A DNA stretch of 64,000 nucleotides from Psammoneis japonica (lineage: Eukaryota): contig QPGO01000002.1 of assembly GCA_008632985.1 (NCBI GenBank), positions 620,001 to 684,000 on the forward strand, in the 5' to 3' direction. Numbering within the stretch: the stretch's first letter is position 1; each line of letters starts with the position of its first letter. Below the pieces are notes generated by a model, which was not told the DNA's origin, made no database searches, and was given only the letters and a program-made list of their open reading frames with translations. A program made the position numbers and the translations under genes. Below are positions 60,030-64,000 of the stretch, piece after piece.

Positions 60030-62030
60030 CGCCACCAGCAATCGGCTTCATGCCAGAGTGCACGGTGCAGGGCCCTGCACACTCCAGGGCACCAGGGCCT
60101 GGGGCTCTGATGCCACTCACTCACTCACTCACTCACTCACTCACTCACAAGTCCTCTCAAGAAAAAAGCAGGGCTGCCATCTTGGCAGTTGATGAGAGGA
60201 GAAGACTGCGATGTTTTTTGCAAGTTGCACAGTGTCTTTCGGTGTTGCTGCAGAGACTCAACACTGGATCTGAGATTCCACCCAGCTCACAAACTCCTTT
60301 TAATTCCGATCTTGAACGAGCACTTCGCAGTTCTCTGCTCTCGTGACCGACTGTGCAACACGTGGTTGACAGTCGCAAACGTTCTGACGAACGGCGCGCG
60401 CTTCGTCACCAGACCCAGAATTGAGCTTTCGGCATGCTGGCGACTCTTCATTTGGGGAGCCTGTCAAGGGCACACATGACAGCTCCAAAAGGTTGTCCAC
60501 CGCTCAGAAAGAGCTGCAGTGCCACGAATTGCAAGACAATTGCGCGATTCACGTGCCCGAAGGGTGATTGTTGAAATTCGAGCTTCGCGCACGTAGAGCC
60601 TGTAGAAAATGCACCAGCCAGCCCGAAGCTCCGATTTTCGTAGATCACGCAGGAGAGCACCACAAGGTCATTTGATGAAATGACTGGGACCAAAATGAAA
60701 ATTTTGACACCACATCACACGCAGAATTGACATCTGCGCGAAGGGAGAATGTTGCTTCGGGCAACGACATTCCACCTTCGGGCACGTGAATCGCGCAATT
60801 GTCTTGCAATTTGTAGCATCTCATCGTCGATGGCATTGGTTGGTGCTTGGTGCACGTTAATGGTGGTCGTGCGCGCGGTCGATGGTCGCGTTTTAGTCTT
60901 GGATGCGACACGAAGCGGAAAACAAAAAAAACGCACGCGGTGCATGCTGGCGCTGTTACATTGTTGCTGGGTGTTGTTGTCTCCTGCGATGGCATGGAGG
61001 CATGCACAATCTTGTAACCACAGAATCAGCCCCAAAAGAGTCGGCCATCACAGGCTACAATCGCCACTGTCAGGGCCCTGTGTGCCGAAACTCCGAGGTC
61101 TGATCTTGCTTTCCGGATGGACAGCTTGCCAAGTTTCATTTTTGGCATGCCAGCAGAAAGTCAACATGCTTCTACATGCGACAGTTTCTCACACATGCAT
61201 GCGAACATCACGAACTCTGCGAGCTCCAACACGAGAACAACACAAAGCACGAAGAGTTTGCGAGAGAGCGAATGGCGTTGCTGACACACTGTGAATGTAA
61301 AGTAAAAATGCCAAAACATTGTTGTTGCACAACATGTGGATGGTTGGTCTGTTGGCAGACAAAATGTGTCGCCTTCAAAGCTGGTCAGAAGCTTCAACAG
61401 ACTGCACAGCTGTTTGCATGTTGTTGGGTCGTAACAGAGGCCTGCGTCCCCCACTTTGAATCATTCTCAAATGATGACCACAGCCAACTCCTCCACCAAT
61501 GTTGCTGTCATCTCCTGTGTCAAGTTGCTGTTCAATTCACACAATGCTCTCTGCAGCAGGAGAGCAAATGACGAGACTTCTAGCTCGTCCAACAAGAGGA
61601 CAATGCCACCGACTCAACAACTCTCCAGCATTTCTATCTCAGTCATAGATTTGTCATGTGACTGGTCAACATCCACAACCACAAATGTTTTTGGAAGTGT
61701 TGCTTGTTTGCACCCACAAAGCAGAGCCCTCCAAACTGCTGCTGCATGGAGAAAAGGACGACAAAGCAGCCAGTCACAGTTCCTGGATGAGCGACCTTTT
61801 CAGAACAAGTCCTCCTTGGGATCAGGCTGAATTCACTGTCATGCCACCAATTTGAGCTCTGCTGAGTCGTCCATGCCGGTTGTGTTTGCCACAGTGCTGC
61901 TTGAGTAACTTCCAATGGGGCCAACGCGTCATTTGCGGTTCTTGCATCCACAGAAACACATTCGGGGTGAGTCCTCCTTGGCCTCCAGCTAACTCCACCG
62001 TCATGCCACCACATTGAGAACTGCTGAGTC
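60030..62030. mobile_element. TpA-depleted domain 5 (CpG largely retained); contains a (CTCA)n microsatellite at about 60114-60148
   Basis: TA is scarce, ORFs are Tyr-poor, and the domain contains a mutated MITE. Confidence 0.65.
60520..60818 (-). mobile_element. MITE copy A (TpA-mutated)
   Basis: TIRs of about 44 bp (aattgcaagacaattgcgcgattcacgtgcccgaagg); inverted homologue of 62625-62935. Confidence 0.9.
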
Positions 62031-62364
62031 TTCCATGCTGAATGCTAACGTCGTAACACCGCTAAGGATGCTTCAAATGGGATCAACACATTGTCGCAAT
62101 TCCAACACCGACCATTGTGCGTCATGTTGATGGGTCCAACGGCGTCTTTTTATGGCGAAACAAAACCCCTGTAACTCGGTCACGACCGGCCATTGCTGAG
62201 TCTTCCATGCTGCATACTAACGCATAATAGCGCTAAAGACACTTCAAATAGGGTCAACATATCGTCTCAATGTCAACACCGACCATTGTACGTCACGTTG
62301 ATGGGTCCAACGGCGTCTTTTCATGGCGAAACAAAACCCCTGTAACCCGGTCACGACCGGCCAT
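62022..62364. repeat. Tandem duplication of about 171 bp, with more degenerate units toward 61830
   Basis: tgctgagtcttccatgctg..caacaccgaccattgt..gatgggtccaacggcgtcttt..cggtcacgaccggccat occurs twice. Confidence 0.85.
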
Positions 62365-62624
62365 TTTCTTGAAGCGATTGTCAGTTACATTCTTGAACTC
62401 CACGGTAAGGGAGATATGATGTGGAGAGGTAGCGTCAGAGTACAAACAACGCCGTCGTATCATCACCATTGTGAGTGCGGCATGCACGGGTAGGTCGCCG
62501 TACAAATTTGAATGAGCTGATGGGTCCAACTGCCATTGCACTACAAACGTACGTAGAAACTGGTATGTACAGATCTACACAACTTTGTACTGGCATACCA
62601 AAAATGAACTCGGCAAGCTGTCCA

Positions 62625-62935
62625 TACTACAAATTGCAAGACAATTGCGCGATTCACGTGCCCGAAGGTGGAATATCGTTGCCCGAAGCAACATTCTCCC
62701 TTCGCGCAGATGTCATTTCTACGTATGATGTGGTATCAAAATTTTCATTTTGGTCGTCTAAATCGTCCCAGTCATTTCATCAAATGACCTTGTGGTACTC
62801 TCCTACGTGATCTACGCAAATCGGAGCTTCGGGCTGGCTGGTACATTTTCTACAGGCTCTACGTGCGCGAAGCTCGAATTTCAACAATCACCCTTCGGGC
62901 ACGTGAATCGCGCAATTGTCTTGCAATTCGTAGTA
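62625..62935 (+). mobile_element. MITE copy B (unmutated; TA at both ends, as for a Tc1/mariner target site)
   Basis: tactacaaattgcaagacaattgcgcgattcacgtgcccgaagg ... ccttcgggcacgtgaatcgcgcaattgtcttgcaattcgtagta. Confidence 0.9.
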
Positions 62936-63109
62936 CAAGTAGTAGCCTACGGTACGCACGCACGCTACGCACGCACGAGGGGAGCAGGCAGGAGGCCTTT
63001 TATTTTGTCGAGCCTCCTCCGTCACAATAGTCACAACATGCCATCAATCTCATAGCCATCATTCACTCTTGAATTCTGTACCAGCGAAGTCCTTGGTTGC
63101 TGATTGGCA

Positions 63110-63505
63110 ATGAGCAATAACACACCACAAGTCGAGAACCAGGCTATACTTTCTTCCATGGCAAATCCGCAAGCGGCAGATCGATTGAAAAATCGCAGTA
63201 GACAGCGGCTCGTCCAGTTTGGGCCGTTTTACGTTTACTTTAATAACTGGTTCCTGTGTGTTCCAACTGCTCATCCTCAAGAAAATCACAATGAAAACAA
63301 TGACAGGAGAAGAGAACTACCAAGCGATGACAATGATGATGGTTCTGAAGACGAAGAGGCGAATGATCCAGACGACATGGAGCATGATCCGTATGCCGAC
63401 ATGCCCGATTTACAGGACAGCGACGGTCATATTGTTCACTATCACTCTAACCCCCAAGGGGATGAAAAATTTGATTCCTTGGAAGGGACGCCCTGTACGT
63501 GGTGA
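63110..63505 (+). CDS. Hypothetical acidic protein
   Basis: ORF of about 130 aa with a D/E/N-rich tract and no recognised domain. Confidence 0.35.
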   Translation: MSNNTPQVENQAILSSMANPQAADRLKNRSRQRLVQFGPFYVYFNNWFLCVPTAHPQENHNENNDRRRELPSDDNDDGSEDEEANDPDDMEHDPYADMPDLQDSDGHIVHYHSNPQGDEKFDSLEGTPCTW

Positions 63506-63716
63506 GGAAAACTTCGCTGGACAAACTACAGCATATAAAACTAGAGCTGGAAGCAGCCGAAGGATGCCTTAAACATAGCCCACATCATTCGGGGCGAATA
63601 CAACAAGTTCGAAGTTTTCACTTGTTGTTGTTATTGTTGTTGTATCTACGATGTTTTTATAGTAAAAAACCTTGCATCATGGACTTCTTGTTTGTGTCGT
63701 AGTCTTATCGTAGCTA

Positions 63717-63998
63717 TCATTTAGGGGAAGGCTCCATCCTTGGCAGGGTGTGAGGCATGCCCCATTTGTTGGTAACAATGGCAGTGGTCTCCTTGTCGGC
63801 ATCTTGTTCGGCCAAAAGGAGGCAACGACACTCGGGGGTGGCGCACCATGAGAACCCAGGAGTGGCTTTAGGATCTTGTTGTTTCAACAAGGTCATGCAT
63901 TGGCAAGGATCACGGCTGCATCGTTCGCAACCCGTGAAGGCCTGCACGCTGGCGGCCAACATGGAGGCGACTAGTAGAAACAAAAAGGTGCGGCTCAT
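63717..63998 (-). CDS. Small Cys-rich protein with a signal peptide
   Basis: Leader MSRTFLFLLVASMLAASVQA-FT, then CERC..PCQC..C..ECRC. Confidence 0.55.
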   Translation of the reverse strand: MSRTFLFLLVASMLAASVQAFTGCERCSRDPCQCMTLLKQQDPKATPGFSWCATPECRCLLLAEQDADKETTAIVTNKWGMPHTLPRMEPSPK

Positions 63999-64000
63999 TG

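Noticed and set aside
1..62030. Classical fungal RIP, or CpG deamination alone, as the explanation
   Set aside because: RIP creates TpA rather than removing it. CpG decay cannot change TA, and MITE copy A lost TA with all CpGs intact.

Overview
Eukaryotic nuclear DNA, most consistent with a pennate diatom (short GT-AG introns, a bipartite plastid presequence, a mitochondrially targeted pyruvate kinase, HSF/bZIP factors). Gene-rich stretches encode MCM9, a DsbA/FrnE-like protein, HSF, a multi-C2 protein, bZIP, PLAA/Doa1, a SelS-like protein, a VWA-Cache protein, several glycosyltransferases, pyruvate kinase, a Bin3-type methyltransferase, ABCG, a double-domain PGAM, BTB proteins and prenylcysteine oxidase. 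These alternate with five domains (about 1-5580, 14930-15900, 26240-28200, 42290-50130, 60030-62030) that are almost free of TpA and, in their cores, of CpG. The main finding comes from duplicated sequences inside the window (two MITE copies, the two TIRs of another MITE, an ABCG copy, an eIF6 fragment, a BTB paralogue). They show a directional, strand-biased, location-dependent TpA->TpG/CpA hypermutation (A->G, apparently in 5'-RTA-3') that can occur without any CpG loss. This is the reverse of fungal RIP and may be an undescribed genome-defence or heterochromatin mutator. Two selenoprotein genes with in-frame UGA and SECIS-like hairpins, both missed by the ORF track, were also found. All counts were made by eye.
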